Shown one piece after another: positions 27,519 through 38,397 of a DNA stretch of 64,000 bases. The stretch is from positions 4,384,001 through 4,448,000 of the forward strand of contig OZ241863.1 in assembly GCA_965203055.1 (NCBI GenBank). Reading direction: 5' to 3'. Position 1 is the first letter of the stretch; each line of letters opens with the position of its first letter. The position numbers were made by a program, and so were the translations under genes. The notes under the pieces were generated by a model that saw only the letters and a program-made list of their open reading frames with translations, was not told the origin of the DNA and searched no databases. This DNA comes from Spirochaetia bacterium (lineage in GTDB: Bacteria > Spirochaetota > Spirochaetia > SZUA-6 > Bin103).

Positions 27519-28867
27519 GCCGCCGGCTCCGCCAGCGCGGCGGCCAGCCGGTCGAGGTCGGCGCGCGCATTCAGCTCGGTCGCCGTCAGCAGCCAGCAGC
27601 CGTCCAGGCCCAGGTCGAAGCGGCCCAGGTCCAACCCCCCGACGATGCCGTGTTTCGCCCACAGCCGCCGGTTGAGGTCCGCCGGCGGGCGCGGCGTCCG
27701 GAGCGTGAACTCGCGCAGGAACGGGCGGTCGAAGCGCGCCTCGAAGCCGGGGAGCCGCGCCAGCTCCGCGGCCAGGTAGTGGGATCGGTGGTAGCACTGG
27801 TCGGCCACCTCCCGCAGGCCGCGCGGGCCGAGGGCGGCCAAGTAGATCGCCACCGCGGTGGCAATCAGCGCCTCGTTGGTGCAGATGTTGCTGGTCGCGC
27901 GTTCGCGGCGGATGTCCTGCTCGCGCGGCTTGAGGGTAAGCACGTAGCCGCGCCGGCCGGCGGCGTCGTACGCCGCGCCCGCCAGCCGCCCCGGCATCTG
28001 CCGCACGTTGCGCAGCGAGGTGGCCAGCAGGCCCACGTAGGGGCCGCCGTAGAACAGCGGGATGCCGAGCGGCTGCCCCTCGGCGGTGGCGATGTCCACG
28101 CCCAGTTCGCCCGGCGGGCGGAGCATGGCCAGCGCCACCGGATCGGCCGAGGTGACCGCCAGCGCGCCCGCCGCATGGGTCAGCTCGACCAGCTCCGCCA
28201 GCGGTTCGATTACCCCGAAGAAGTTGGGGTATTGCGTCAGCACCGCGGCGCTGTCGGCGTCGAGCGCGCGCCGCAACGCGCCGCGGTCGGTCTCGCCGGC
28301 GGCGCGGTCGAAGGGTACGGTGACGATCCGCAGCCCGATCCCCGACAGGTAGGTGGCGAGCACCTGCCGGTATTCGGGATGGACCGCCTCGCTGACCACT
28401 ACCGTCTGCCGCCCGGGCCGCAGCCGCGCGGCCATCAACGCGGCCTCGGCCAGCGCCGTGGAGCCGTCGTACAGCGACGCGTTGGCCACCTCCATGCCGA
28501 ACAGCCGGGCCACCATGGTCTGAAACTCGAAGATGGTCTGCAGCGTGCCCTGGCTCACCTCCGGCTGATAGGGCGTGTACGCGGTGTACAGCTCGCTGCG
28601 GAACAGGAGATGCGGTATCAGCGCCGGCGTGTAGTGATGGTAGGCCCCGGCCCCGAGGAAGCAGCTATGCGTGTCCAGCGCCCCGTTGGCGCCGGCGCGG
28701 CGCCGGAACAGCGCCGCCACCTCCGGCTCGCTCAATCCGTCCGGCAGGTCGAGGCGCGGGAACCGATGCGCGCGCGGCACGTCGGCGAACAGCTCGTCGA
28801 GCGACGCGGCGCCGATCGCCTCCAGCATGGCCGCCTGCTCGGCCGCGGTGTGGGGAGCGTAGCGCAT
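27515..28867 (-). CDS. gcvPA: Glycine dehydrogenase (decarboxylating) subunit 1
   Basis: FLGAGAYHH, TAYTPYQPEVSQG, NASLYDG, REQDIRRERATSNICTN. Confidence 0.95.
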   Translation of the reverse strand: MRYAPHTAAEQAAMLEAIGAASLDELFADVPRAHRFPRLDLPDGLSEPEVAALFRRRAGANGALDTHSCFLGAGAYHHYTPALIPHLLFRSELYTAYTPYQPEVSQGTLQTIFEFQTMVARLFGMEVANASLYDGSTALAEAALMAARLRPGRQTVVVSEAVHPEYRQVLATYLSGIGLRIVTVPFDRAAGETDRGALRRALDADSAAVLTQYPNFFGVIEPLAELVELTHAAGALAVTSADPVALAMLRPPGELGVDIATAEGQPLGIPLFYGGPYVGLLATSLRNVRQMPGRLAGAAYDAAGRRGYVLTLKPREQDIRRERATSNICTNEALIATAVAIYLAALGPRGLREVADQCYHRSHYLAAELARLPGFEARFDRPFLREFTLRTPRPPADLNRRLWAKHGIVGGLDLGRFDLGLDGCWLLTATELNARADLDRLAAALAEPAA

Positions 28868-28876
28868 GGTGCGCGC

Positions 28877-29260
28877 TCAGGGCAGGAGTTGGCGGTAGGC
28901 GGCGGCGGCGAGCAGCGCGGCGCGCTCTTCCGCCAGGCGCGCGGGGTTCAGCTTGAGCAGCCAGCCGGCTCCGTAAGGGGATTCGTTGACCTGCTGTGGC
29001 GCCGCCTCCAGGGCGCCGTTCACCGCGGTCACCGTGCCGCTGACCGGCGCGAACAGGTCGCTGACCGCCTTGACGCTTTCGATCACGCCGCAGGAACCGC
29101 CCCGGGTGACCTCATCCCCCACCGCCGGCAGCTCCAGGTAGACGACGTCGCCGAGCTCGGCCTGAGCGTGATCGGTGATGCCGACGGTGACCGTGCCGTC
29201 CGCTTCCTCGCGCAGCCATTCGTGCTCCTCGGTGTACCACAGCTCATCTGGAACCTTCAT
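28877..29260 (-). CDS. gcvH: Glycine cleavage system H protein
   Basis: [21 protein letters not shown], lipoyl site [19 protein letters not shown]; start reassigned to ATG 29260. Confidence 0.95.
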   Translation of the reverse strand: MKVPDELWYTEEHEWLREEADGTVTVGITDHAQAELGDVVYLELPAVGDEVTRGGSCGVIESVKAVSDLFAPVSGTVTAVNGALEAAPQQVNESPYGAGWLLKLNPARLAEERAALLAAAAYRQLLP

Positions 29261-30378
29261 CCTTCCTCCCGCCGATAGAACGGCCGCGCTACCACCGCGG
29301 CGCCGTGCGGGCGCCCGCGGATCAGCACCGCCAGCTCCCCGCCGACCGCGGCATGCTGCCGCGCAACCAGGCCCATTGCCAAGCTGCGCTGCAGCCACGG
29401 CCCGTAACCGCCGCTGGTGACGCTGCCGACCGGGGTTCCCGCGGCAGTGGTGATCGGGTATCCGGCGCGCGCCACCGCGCGCCCGTGAAGCTGCAGATGG
29501 ACCAGCGCGCGCGCCACCCCCTGCTGCCGTTGGCGGCGGAGCGCCGCGGCGCCGATATAGCCGCCGGCGGCGGAAACGAACCGCCCCAGCCCCGCCTCCA
29601 GGGGGGAGACCTCGGGGGTAAGCTCGTGGCCGTAGAGCGGCAGCGCCGCCTCCAGCCGCAGCGTATCGCGCGCGCCAAGCCCCGCCGGCGCCAGACCGGC
29701 GCCCGCGCCCGCCTCCAGCAGGCGCGTCCACAGCGCCTCGGCCTGCTCCGCGGCCACGAACAGTTCGAAGCCGTCCTCGCCGGTATAGCCGGTGCGCGCC
29801 GCCAGTACCGGAACGTCAGCCACCGCGGCGCGCCGGCAACGGTAGCGGCCAAGCGCGGCGAGGGCGCTGCCGCCGGCCTCCTGCGCGATCGCCGCGGCGC
29901 GCGGGCCCTGGAGCGCGAGCAGGCTCAGCTCGGCGCTGGCGTCGCGCACCTCGGCGCCGCCGGCGCCGGCCGCGGCGGCAACCCGGCGGGCGTGGTCGGC
30001 CATGGCGGCGGCGTTGGCGGCGTTCACCACGATGCGGTACCAGGCGCCGCCGAGGCGGTACACGATCACGTCGTCGAGGATGCCGCCTGCCTCATCGAGA
30101 ATCAGCGAGTACCGCGCCTGCCCCACCGCCAGCCGTTCCACCGCCAGGCAGGTGAGCCGCGCCACGCCGGCCGCGGCGCCGGGGCCGGTGCACTCCAGCT
30201 CGCCCATGTGACTCACGTCGAACAGGCCGGCGGCGCTGCGCACGGCCCGGTGCTCGGCGATGATGCCGCGGTACTGCAGCGGCAGGCTCCAGCCGGCGAA
30301 CGGCGTCATGCGCGCGCCCAGACGGATGTGCGCGGCATGGAGCGGGGTTCGTTGCAGGTCTGCCGGCGGCGTCGTCAC
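29257..30378 (-). CDS. gcvT: Glycine cleavage aminomethyltransferase T
   Basis: [39 protein letters not shown]. Confidence 0.95.
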   Translation of the reverse strand: MTTPPADLQRTPLHAAHIRLGARMTPFAGWSLPLQYRGIIAEHRAVRSAAGLFDVSHMGELECTGPGAAAGVARLTCLAVERLAVGQARYSLILDEAGGILDDVIVYRLGGAWYRIVVNAANAAAMADHARRVAAAAGAGGAEVRDASAELSLLALQGPRAAAIAQEAGGSALAALGRYRCRRAAVADVPVLAARTGYTGEDGFELFVAAEQAEALWTRLLEAGAGAGLAPAGLGARDTLRLEAALPLYGHELTPEVSPLEAGLGRFVSAAGGYIGAAALRRQRQQGVARALVHLQLHGRAVARAGYPITTAAGTPVGSVTSGGYGPWLQRSLAMGLVARQHAAVGGELAVLIRGRPHGAAVVARPFYRREEG

Positions 30379-30531
30379 GTGACGTTACTGGTACTCGATT
30401 GCGCGCAAGAATGCCACCGGGCGCCGCCGGAACCCGCCGGAAACCCGCCGTGGCCCGCCGCGGCCCGCCGCGGCGGGCACGGGTCGGCACGGAGCGCGCG
30501 CATCGGTACACTAAGGCAGCGGAGAGTCGAG

Positions 30532-31134
30532 ATGGCGCAGGATCGATTCAGCGAACCGGACGACGGGCGCACGCCGTCGGAGTATGGCGTGCCGAAGCTG
30601 CGGCGGCAGATCCTGCAGCGGCTGGCGGACGCCTACGCCGACGACAACCTGGAGCTGACCGAGTATGAGCGCCGGGTGCGGGCCGCCGAACACGCCGCCA
30701 CCATCGCTCAACTGCAGGCGCTGGTGGCCGACTTTCCGGGCGCGCCCGGCGCGCCGCCGCCCGCGTCTGCCGCCCCGGCCCCCACCGCCGGCGCCAGCGT
30801 GACGATCATGGGGGAGCGCAAGCTTGAGGTGCAGGCGGCGCAGGACCTGCCGCGGCAGGTCATCAACGTCATGGGAGCGACCCGCATCGACCTGAGCGAC
30901 GCCCCGCCGGGGGTGTACGAGTTGCGGGTCTACAACCTGATGGGAGAGCTGCAGGTAGCCGTCCCCTACGGCACCCGGATCAACCGTACGCTGTTGGGTC
31001 TGTTGAGCGACGTGTCGGTACGTCCCTGGAAGGTCAAGCGCACCGCCGCGCCCGCCCGCTTCACCAGCCACCAGGTCACCCTTGCCGGCGTCAGCCTGCT
31101 GGGCGAGGTAACCATTCGCGAGGAGTCTTCATGA
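30532..31134 (+). CDS. DUF1707 (SHOCT-like) plus LiaF/DUF2154-like domain protein
   Basis: LQRLADAYADDNLELTEYERRV N-terminus and MGATRIDLS/MGELQVAVP beta-repeat C-terminus; SD-like GGAG before ATG 30532. Confidence 0.7.
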   Translation: MAQDRFSEPDDGRTPSEYGVPKLRRQILQRLADAYADDNLELTEYERRVRAAEHAATIAQLQALVADFPGAPGAPPPASAAPAPTAGASVTIMGERKLEVQAAQDLPRQVINVMGATRIDLSDAPPGVYELRVYNLMGELQVAVPYGTRINRTLLGLLSDVSVRPWKVKRTAAPARFTSHQVTLAGVSLLGEVTIREESS

Positions 31135-32774
31135 AACGATTGCAACTGACGGTCGACGGGCGCTACCTGATCCTGCCGGTGCGGCGGGGGCCGGTGGCAG
31201 GCCGCATGCGGGTGCGCGCGCCCGGCCTGCCGGTGCGCGAGTTCGACCTCGAGCTCGGCGACGCGGCGCGCGCTGACTACGAGGTGTTCACCGATCTCGG
31301 CGACGCGGCCGCCGGCGCGGTGGTGGAGCTGGAGTATGAGGGCGCTGCCGGCCTGGACGGCGTGCGCAGCGCGGCGCAGCCGCCGGGCGCGGCCGATCTC
31401 TACCGCGAGGCGCTGCGCCCGCAGTTCCACTTTTCCTCGCGCCGCGGCTGGCTCAACGACCCCAACGGCCTGGTCCATTACGCCGGTACCTATCACATGT
31501 TCTATCAGCACAATCCCTACGGCACCGAGTGGGGCAACATGCACTGGGGCCACGCGGTGAGCCGGGACCTGGTGCATTGGCGCGAACTCCCGGCAGCGCT
31601 CTACCCGGATGCCATGGGGACCATGTTCACCGGCTGCGCCGTGGTGGACCACCACAACAGCTCCGGCCTAGGGGACGGGTCGCAGCCGCCGATCGTCCTG
31701 GTGTATACCGCGGCCGGGGAGCACGCGCGTCCGCGCGAGTTCTACACCCAATGCCTAGCCTTCAGCGCCGACGGCGGTTCCACCTGGCACAAGTACGACG
31801 GCAATCCGGTGCTCCCGCATCAGGTGGGCCAGAATCGCGACCCCAAGGTGATCTGGCATCCGCGGAGCGGGCGCTGGGTGATGGCGCTCTACCTGGAACA
31901 CACCGCCTACGCCCTGTACACCTCGCCCAACCTGATCGACTGGGAACTCACCTGCGACCTCATCCTGCCGGAGTGCACGGAGGTGCCCGACTTCTTCCCG
32001 CTGCCGGTGGACGGGGACCCCGGCGACGTGCGCTGGGTGTTCTGGGGCGCCAACACCGCCTACCTGGTGGGCGACTTCGACGGCCGCTACTTCACTCCGC
32101 ACGGAGGCCCGCGCCGGCTGCAGCCGGCGGGCCAACACTATGCCGCGCAGACCTTCAGCGACCTGCCCGCGGCCGATGGGCGCCGGATCATGGTCGGCTG
32201 GCTGCGCCAGCCGCTGCCGGGCATGCCGTTCTCGCAGTTCATGAGCGTCCCGCACACCCTCCACCTGCGCCGCGGCGCAGGCCGCGAGCCGGCGCTGGCC
32301 ACGGCGCCGGTCGCCGAGTTGGAGACGCTGCGCGCCGCCGACTGGCAGGCGGATGACCGGCCGCTGCCGCCCGGCGCCGCGCTGGAGGCGGAGCTGACCG
32401 GCGAGCTGCTGGACGTCGAGGCGGTGATCGAACCGGGCGCCGCGGACGCCGTCGGAATGGTGGTGCGCGGCGTCTCGGTATGGTACGACCGCCGTACCGG
32501 GTGGCTGTTCAACGGCGTCCTCAGGGCATACCTGGGGCCGGGCCTGGCCGCGGTCACCTTCCGCGTACTGGCCGATCGGGCCTCGGTCGAGCTGTTTGCC
32601 GGCGCCGGCGCCGCGCCGCCCGGCGGCCCGGCGCCGGTCATGCTGGCGGCCGGGGTGGTGCTGCTGCCGGCCGAACAGACGGTGCGCTTCTTTGCCGCCG
32701 GCGGCGGCGGCGTGCTGCGCCGCGCCCGCGTCTCCCGGCTGCGTTCGGCCTGGCCGCAGCCGCCGGCCGTCTGA
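31131..32774 (+). CDS. Glycoside hydrolase family 32 (levanase/beta-fructofuranosidase-like)
   Basis: WLNDPNG, HWGHAVSRDLVHW, RDPKV, EVPDFF, YAAQTF. Confidence 0.92.
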   Translation: MKRLQLTVDGRYLILPVRRGPVAGRMRVRAPGLPVREFDLELGDAARADYEVFTDLGDAAAGAVVELEYEGAAGLDGVRSAAQPPGAADLYREALRPQFHFSSRRGWLNDPNGLVHYAGTYHMFYQHNPYGTEWGNMHWGHAVSRDLVHWRELPAALYPDAMGTMFTGCAVVDHHNSSGLGDGSQPPIVLVYTAAGEHARPREFYTQCLAFSADGGSTWHKYDGNPVLPHQVGQNRDPKVIWHPRSGRWVMALYLEHTAYALYTSPNLIDWELTCDLILPECTEVPDFFPLPVDGDPGDVRWVFWGANTAYLVGDFDGRYFTPHGGPRRLQPAGQHYAAQTFSDLPAADGRRIMVGWLRQPLPGMPFSQFMSVPHTLHLRRGAGREPALATAPVAELETLRAADWQADDRPLPPGAALEAELTGELLDVEAVIEPGAADAVGMVVRGVSVWYDRRTGWLFNGVLRAYLGPGLAAVTFRVLADRASVELFAGAGAAPPGGPAPVMLAAGVVLLPAEQTVRFFAAGGGGVLRRARVSRLRSAWPQPPAV

Positions 32775-32788
32775 CCGGGGGCGCCGGC

Positions 32789-34225
32789 GTGCCCGCGGTC
32801 CGCCCCAACGTCCTGTTCTTCTTCGCCGACGACCAGCGCTTCGATACCATCCGCGCGCTCGGCAATCCCGACATCGACACGCCCAACCTCGACTGGCTGG
32901 TGCGCGAGGGCACCGCCTTCACCCGCGCGCACGTCATGGGCGGCAGCGTAGCCGCGGTGTGCATGCCGAGCCGCGCCATGCTGATGACCGGCCGCACCCT
33001 GTTTCGCCTGCACGACTCCGGCGCCGAGATCCCCGCCGCGCACGTCATGCTGCCGGAGCTGCTGCGGGAGGCCGGCTACGACACCTTCGGCACCGGCAAG
33101 TGGCACAACGGCGCCGCCGCCTTCGCGCGCTGCTTCAGCCATGGGGATCAGATCTTCTTCGGCGGCATGGACGATCACTGGAACGTGCCGGCGTGCCGCT
33201 TCGACCCCGCCGGGGTCTATCCCGAGCCGCGCCCGCATCCCTTCGATCCCGGCACCGGCGCGCCGGAAATGCAACTCAAGTCCTACGACCACGTGGCCGC
33301 CGGCGTCCACTCCTCGCAGCTCTTCGCCGACGCCACCGTCGAGTTCCTGCTGCAGCGCGCCGGCTCGGGCGCCCGCGCGCGGGCCGGCGGCGCCGGCTGC
33401 CGGCCGTTCTTCGCCTACCTGTCGTTCATGGCGCCGCACGATCCGCGCACCATGCCGCAGCGGTTCCTCACCAGGTACGACCCCGACCGCATCCCGCTGC
33501 CCGACGCCTTCCTGCCGGAACATCCCTTCGACATCGGCTGGCGCGGGCGCGACGAACTGCTGGAGAGCTATCCGCGCACCCCGGCCGCCATTCGCCGCCA
33601 CCTCGCCGAGTACTACGCCATGATCAGCCATCTGGATGCCGAGCTGGGACGGGTCATCGACGCCCTGCGCGCCACCGGCGAGCTGGCCAATACCATCATC
33701 GTGTTCGCCGGCGACAACGGCCTGGCCCTGGGGCAGCATGGCCTGATGGGCAAGCAGAGTACCTACGATCACAGCGTGCACGTGCCGCTGCTGATGGCGG
33801 GACCGGGGATTCCGCGCGCGGCGCGGCGTCCCGCGCTGTGCTATCTGCTCGATATCTATCCGACCCTGTGCGAGCTGCTCGGGGTTGCCGTACCGGAGTC
33901 GGTGGAGGGGCGCAGCCTGGGTCCGGCGCTGGCCGACCCCGGCGCCGCGGTGCGCGATCACCTGCACTTCGCCTATCAGGATCTGCATCGGGCGGTCACC
34001 GACGGGCGCTTCAAGCTGATCGAATACCTGGTCGGGGAGGCGCGCCATACCCAGCTCTTCGACCACGCCGGCGATCCGCGCGAGCTGCGCAACCTGGCCC
34101 ATGAACCGGCCCACGCGGACACGGTGCGGCGCCTGCGCTCCCGCCTGCGGGAGTGGCGCGAACTCTGGGACGATCCCGCGGACCACCTGTGGCGCACCCT
34201 CGACCAAGGAGGCAGTGATGGATAG
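32789..34225 (+). CDS. Sulfatase (formylglycine type)
   Basis: PNVLFFFADDQR, CMPSRAMLMTGR (CxPxR), GKWH, PHDP, GDNG; GTG start at 32789. Confidence 0.92.
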   Translation: MPAVRPNVLFFFADDQRFDTIRALGNPDIDTPNLDWLVREGTAFTRAHVMGGSVAAVCMPSRAMLMTGRTLFRLHDSGAEIPAAHVMLPELLREAGYDTFGTGKWHNGAAAFARCFSHGDQIFFGGMDDHWNVPACRFDPAGVYPEPRPHPFDPGTGAPEMQLKSYDHVAAGVHSSQLFADATVEFLLQRAGSGARARAGGAGCRPFFAYLSFMAPHDPRTMPQRFLTRYDPDRIPLPDAFLPEHPFDIGWRGRDELLESYPRTPAAIRRHLAEYYAMISHLDAELGRVIDALRATGELANTIIVFAGDNGLALGQHGLMGKQSTYDHSVHVPLLMAGPGIPRAARRPALCYLLDIYPTLCELLGVAVPESVEGRSLGPALADPGAAVRDHLHFAYQDLHRAVTDGRFKLIEYLVGEARHTQLFDHAGDPRELRNLAHEPAHADTVRRLRSRLREWRELWDDPADHLWRTLDQGGSDG

Positions 34226-34574
34226 AACGACCATCGTCCTGCTGTGCATCGGCTTCATCGTGGTGTGGATGGTGTTCAAGCACTTCACCCAGAAGAAGCC
34301 GCAGCAGCGGGCGGCGGCGAACGGCGCCGGGCAGGAGCAGCGCTTCGACCTGGACAAGTGGTTCGGGCGCGCCCAGGACCTGATCGGCGTGATGGACGGC
34401 GCCCAGCGTGAGGCGCGCGAGGAAGAGTGGCGGGCGCTGGACGGGGAGCGCCAGCTCGCCTTGGCGGACGAGTTCCTGCAGCGCACCGCCGGCGCTGCGG
34501 AGGCGGCCCGCCTCAACGTCGACGAACGGCGCCGGGTGGGGTGGGCCTACTTCGTCAGCCGCCTGGAGTCGTAG
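34218..34574 (+). CDS. Small hypothetical membrane-anchored protein
   Basis: AGGAGG SD before ATG 34218; N-terminal TM helix IVLLCIGFIVVWMVF; host-like codon usage. Confidence 0.65.
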   Translation: MDRTTIVLLCIGFIVVWMVFKHFTQKKPQQRAAANGAGQEQRFDLDKWFGRAQDLIGVMDGAQREAREEEWRALDGERQLALADEFLQRTAGAAEAARLNVDERRRVGWAYFVSRLES

Positions 34575-34593
34575 CCGGGCGCCGGTTCCGCTT

Positions 34594-35460
34594 TTACGCT
34601 GACGCCAGCAGCGCGCCGCCGGCGCGCAGCCCCGCCTTCTCGCCCTCCTCGCTGCCGTTGAAGTGCTGGTCTTCCAGCTCGATGGCAATGCCGCCGCGGT
34701 AGCCGGCGGCGCGCAGCGCCGCGAACGCCGCGGTCCAACGCATCTCTCCGTGGCCGGGAATGGTGTAGCGCCAGTGGTTGTCGGCGAACCGCGCCGGCTT
34801 GGCGAGCGGCGGCTGGCGGATGCCGTACCGATACTGGGCTGCGGGCGAGATCTCGGTGTCCTTGCCATGGGCGTGGCGCACGTGGGCGGCGAACTCCTGC
34901 GCGAAGCGAACCGGATCGATACCGGTGGCGATCAGGTGCGACGGGTCGTAGTTGATGCCGATGGCCGCCGACTCGCAGCCGTCCAGGACTGCCTGGTACG
35001 ATTCCGGGGTCGTGGCTATGGCGCCCGGTCCCGGCCAGCCCTCGATCGCCAGACAGGACCCGGTATCCTCGAATACCGGCACCAGTTCGCGCAGCGAGGC
35101 CACGAAGCGCTCCAGGTTGTCGGCGCGCGGCAGCGACGCATCCTCGGGGATGGCGCAGATGTTGAAGATCCTGGCGCCGCCGGCGGCGGCGGCGCGCAGG
35201 TAATCGGCGGCGCGCCGGACGCCGGCGCGGCGGGTGTCCGCATCCGCGGAGGTGAGCTGCTCGCGCCCGATCAGGTCGGCGGCGCCGACGGCGAAGCCGG
35301 CGCCGGTGAGAAGCTGCGCGGTTTCGTCCGCATCCTCGTCCAGGTCCAGAAACTCGAAGCCGTTGGCGGTTGCCCAGCGGGCGACCGCCAGCAGGTCACT
35401 CTTCCAGGTGAGTTGCTTGACGTAGAAGCCGATAGGGAAGTTGCCGGTGCGGGTAGTCAT
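34594..35460 (-). CDS. Sugar phosphate isomerase/epimerase (xylose-isomerase-like TIM barrel)
   Basis: LAIEGWP, GINYDPSHL, HAHGKD, IPGHGEM, IAIELED. Confidence 0.85.
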   Translation of the reverse strand: MTTRTGNFPIGFYVKQLTWKSDLLAVARWATANGFEFLDLDEDADETAQLLTGAGFAVGAADLIGREQLTSADADTRRAGVRRAADYLRAAAAGGARIFNICAIPEDASLPRADNLERFVASLRELVPVFEDTGSCLAIEGWPGPGAIATTPESYQAVLDGCESAAIGINYDPSHLIATGIDPVRFAQEFAAHVRHAHGKDTEISPAAQYRYGIRQPPLAKPARFADNHWRYTIPGHGEMRWTAAFAALRAAGYRGGIAIELEDQHFNGSEEGEKAGLRAGGALLASA

Positions 35461-35553
35461 GGGGCGATTCTGATGGTACCGGCGCCGGATCTGTCAATCG
35501 GGTCGCCGGCCCGCGTCTTGCCGGCAACCGGGCCGGCTCCGTAGACTGTGGCC

Positions 35554-36618
35554 ATGCGTGTTTACGTCGGAACCTATACCCGCGATGAAACCGGCAGCGA
35601 AGGCATCTACCTGGCGGACCTCGACGTTGCCTCCGGCGAGCTGACCGTGCGGGGGGTGGCGGCGCGCGCCGACAACCCGTCGTTTCTGGCGTTGAACGCC
35701 GCGGGGAGCCACCTCTACGCGGTCAGCGAGGTGAGCGATGCCGGCGGCGCCCCGCAGGGCGCCGTTGCGGCCTACCGGGTGGCGGCCGACGGCGCGCTGA
35801 CCCTCCTGGGCCGGCAGCGCACCGGCGCCGCCGGCCCGTGTCACGTCGCGGTCGATCCGAGCGGTGAGCTGGTGTTCGCCGCCAACTACGCCGGCGGCGC
35901 GTTCACCATGTTCCGGTGCGCGCCCGACGGCGCCCTCGGCGAGCGCCTGGTGACGCTCCACCACGAGGGCCGCAGCGTCGATCCGGCGCGCCAACAGGAA
36001 CCCCATCCGCACTCGGCGAACCTGTCGCCGGACGGCGCCTTCCTGTACGTTCCCGACCTCGGCACCGACCGCATCGAGAGCTACCGCATCGACGCTGCCG
36101 CCGGCACCCTGACCGCCGCCGGCAGCACCGTCATGGCGCCCGGCTCGGGGCCGCGGCACTTCGCGTTCCACCCCCGGGGGCGGGTGGCGTACGCCATCAA
36201 CGAGCTCGCCTCCACCATTACCGCATTCGCCTGGGACGCCGCCGGCGGCGGGCTGACGGAACTGCACACGGTGTCCACGCTGCCGGACGGCTTCTCCGGC
36301 ACCAGTCACTGCGCCGACATCCACGCGCATCCCGACGGGCGCTTCGTGTACGGCTCCAACCGCGGCCACGACAGCATCGCCATCTTCGCCGTGGGCGGCG
36401 ACGGGCGGCTGGATCCGGTCGGCCACGAGTCGACTCAGGGGAGCACACCGCGCAACTTCACCCTCGATCCCTCCGGCGCGCTGCTGCTGGCCGCCAACCA
36501 GCGCAGCGACAGCATCGTGAGCTTTCGGGTCGACCCGGAGCGCGGCGCGCTGCGGCCCACCGGGCACCGCGCCGCGGTCCCCGCGCCGGTCTGTCTGGTT
36601 CCGGTCCCGGGCACCTGA
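35554..36618 (+). CDS. pgl: 6-phosphogluconolactonase-family lactonase (7-bladed beta-propeller)
   Basis: YVGTYT, NPSFLA, ANYAGG, PHPHS, GSGPRH, SNRGHDSI, TPRNF. Confidence 0.85.
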   Translation: MRVYVGTYTRDETGSEGIYLADLDVASGELTVRGVAARADNPSFLALNAAGSHLYAVSEVSDAGGAPQGAVAAYRVAADGALTLLGRQRTGAAGPCHVAVDPSGELVFAANYAGGAFTMFRCAPDGALGERLVTLHHEGRSVDPARQQEPHPHSANLSPDGAFLYVPDLGTDRIESYRIDAAAGTLTAAGSTVMAPGSGPRHFAFHPRGRVAYAINELASTITAFAWDAAGGGLTELHTVSTLPDGFSGTSHCADIHAHPDGRFVYGSNRGHDSIAIFAVGGDGRLDPVGHESTQGSTPRNFTLDPSGALLLAANQRSDSIVSFRVDPERGALRPTGHRAAVPAPVCLVPVPGT

Positions 36619-36684
36619 CGCCGGCGCCGCGCGCCGGCTCCCGCTCAGGTGGCAACGCGCCCGGCGATGCCGTAAGCTCACGCC

Positions 36685-37143
36685 ATGCATCCTCCGAAAC
36701 CGGCCGCCGACGCGGGCTACCTGGAAGCGGCCGCGCGCATCATCTTCATGGGCGGCCTGAACCGCCGGGTGGTGGACGGCAAGTGGGCGGGCTTTCGCCA
36801 AGTGTTCTCCAACTTCGACCTGGCTGCGGTCGCCAAGCTGACGCCGGACGACGTCGACCGCATCGCCCAGGATGATCGGGTCATCAAGTACCGCGCCAAG
36901 CTGGCGGCGGTAGTGACCAACGCCCGCGCCATGGCCGCCATCGCCGCCGAACATGGTTCGTTCGCCGCCTACGTGGACGCGCTGTACTCGCAACAGGGAG
37001 CCGGCGGCGCATGCCGCGCGCTGGCCAAGGAATTCGCCTACGTATCCGAACAAGGCGCCCGCCATTGGCTCTACGCCACCGGCTACGACGTCGGCGAGGT
37101 CAGCGACAAGGTACGCGGCAAGTACGCGCCGTTCAGCGGCTAG
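36685..37143 (+). CDS. DNA-3-methyladenine glycosylase I (Tag)-like protein
   Basis: GLNRRVVDGKWAGFRQVFSNFD, VIKYRAKLAAVVTNAR, GSFAAY. Confidence 0.75.
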   Translation: MHPPKPAADAGYLEAAARIIFMGGLNRRVVDGKWAGFRQVFSNFDLAAVAKLTPDDVDRIAQDDRVIKYRAKLAAVVTNARAMAAIAAEHGSFAAYVDALYSQQGAGGACRALAKEFAYVSEQGARHWLYATGYDVGEVSDKVRGKYAPFSG

Positions 37144-37233
37144 CCGCGCGCCGATGCAGCCAACCGGACGCAGCAATCGTCGGGCCGCCCGGGGCGTTGT
37201 CGGGACCGCGCCGGGTAGCGCACAATGGGCGTC

Positions 37234-38397
37234 ATGTCAGTAGATGCCCTGGAATTGGCGCACCGGCTGGTAGCCATCGATTCGGTGAGCCGCCACAGCA
37301 ACGCCGCGATCAGCGACCTGTTGCACGGCGTGCTGGAGGGCGCCGGGTTCGAGGTGGAACGGCTGGAGTACGACGACCCGGCGGGGGTGCGCAAGGTCAA
37401 CCTGGTGGGCCGTCGCGGGCGCGGCAGCGGCGGCTTCGGGCTGTTTTCCCACAGCGACACGGTGCCCGGGGATAGCTGGGCGGCCGGCGCGTTCAGCCCG
37501 CGCTGCGCGGGCGGCCGCCTGATCGGCCTGGGCAGTTGCGACATGAAGGGCCCGCTGGCGGCCACCATCGAGGCCGCTGCGGCGGCGCCGGCGGACCGCC
37601 TGACGCGACCCGTCTACGTGGTGGTGACCGCGGATGAGGAGGTATCGGGACGCGGCGCGCTGCACGTGGCGGCCAACTCCCGCCTCTACCGCGGCGGTCC
37701 CACGCTCGGGGTGATTGCCGAGCCGACCCGGCTCACGCCGATCTACGCCCACAAGGGCAGCGCTCAGGCGGTGGTGACCGCCTGCGGGCGCGCGGCCCAC
37801 AGCAGCACCGGCAAAGGGGTCAACGCCACCTTCCTCATCGCGCCGTTCCTGGCCGAGATGGCGCAGTTGGCGCAGGAGATTCAGGCCGACGAGACGTTTC
37901 TCAACCCCGAGTTCTCGCCGCCCCACAACTGCCTCAACGTGACCATCGACGACGGCCGCGCGCGGCCCAACGTCACCGCCGCGCGCACCGTGTGCACGCT
38001 CGGCTTTCGCCCCATGCCCGACGACCGCAGCGCCGACCTGCTGGCCATCATCCGCGAGAAGGCGGAGCGCCGCGGCCTTGAGTTCGAGGGCCGCCTCGGG
38101 GCGGCGTTCCGGGTGCCGCCGGACAGCCGCGTGGTACGCCTCGCCCTGGAGGCCAGCGGCGCGGAGCGCGCCGCTACGGCGGCGTACGGAACCGACGCGT
38201 TCGCCTTCATGAACGATCTGGAACTGGTGGTGCTCGGTCCGGGCGACATCGCCCAGGCGCACACCGAGGGAGAGTGGATTGCGGTGTCGGAGCTGCGCCG
38301 CGCCGTGACCGTCTACCGCGCCATGATCGACGCCGCGTGCGGTCCCGCGGCCGAACCGGCGGATGCCGCGCCCGCGGCCGAGCCCGCGCCGGCGTGA
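37234..38397 (+). CDS. argE: M20 peptidase, acetylornithine deacetylase (ArgE-like)
   Basis: SHSDTVP, GLGSCDMKG, DEEV, AEPT, AHKG, GPGDIAQAH; start 37234 or 37225. Confidence 0.8.
   Translation: MSVDALELAHRLVAIDSVSRHSNAAISDLLHGVLEGAGFEVERLEYDDPAGVRKVNLVGRRGRGSGGFGLFSHSDTVPGDSWAAGAFSPRCAGGRLIGLGSCDMKGPLAATIEAAAAAPADRLTRPVYVVVTADEEVSGRGALHVAANSRLYRGGPTLGVIAEPTRLTPIYAHKGSAQAVVTACGRAAHSSTGKGVNATFLIAPFLAEMAQLAQEIQADETFLNPEFSPPHNCLNVTIDDGRARPNVTAARTVCTLGFRPMPDDRSADLLAIIREKAERRGLEFEGRLGAAFRVPPDSRVVRLALEASGAERAATAAYGTDAFAFMNDLELVVLGPGDIAQAHTEGEWIAVSELRRAVTVYRAMIDAACGPAAEPADAAPAAEPAPA

Noticed and set aside
30379..30531. Glycine riboswitch upstream of gcvT
   Set aside because: Short GC-rich divergent intergenic region; I could not identify the conserved aptamer motifs. 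An Rfam/Infernal search would settle it
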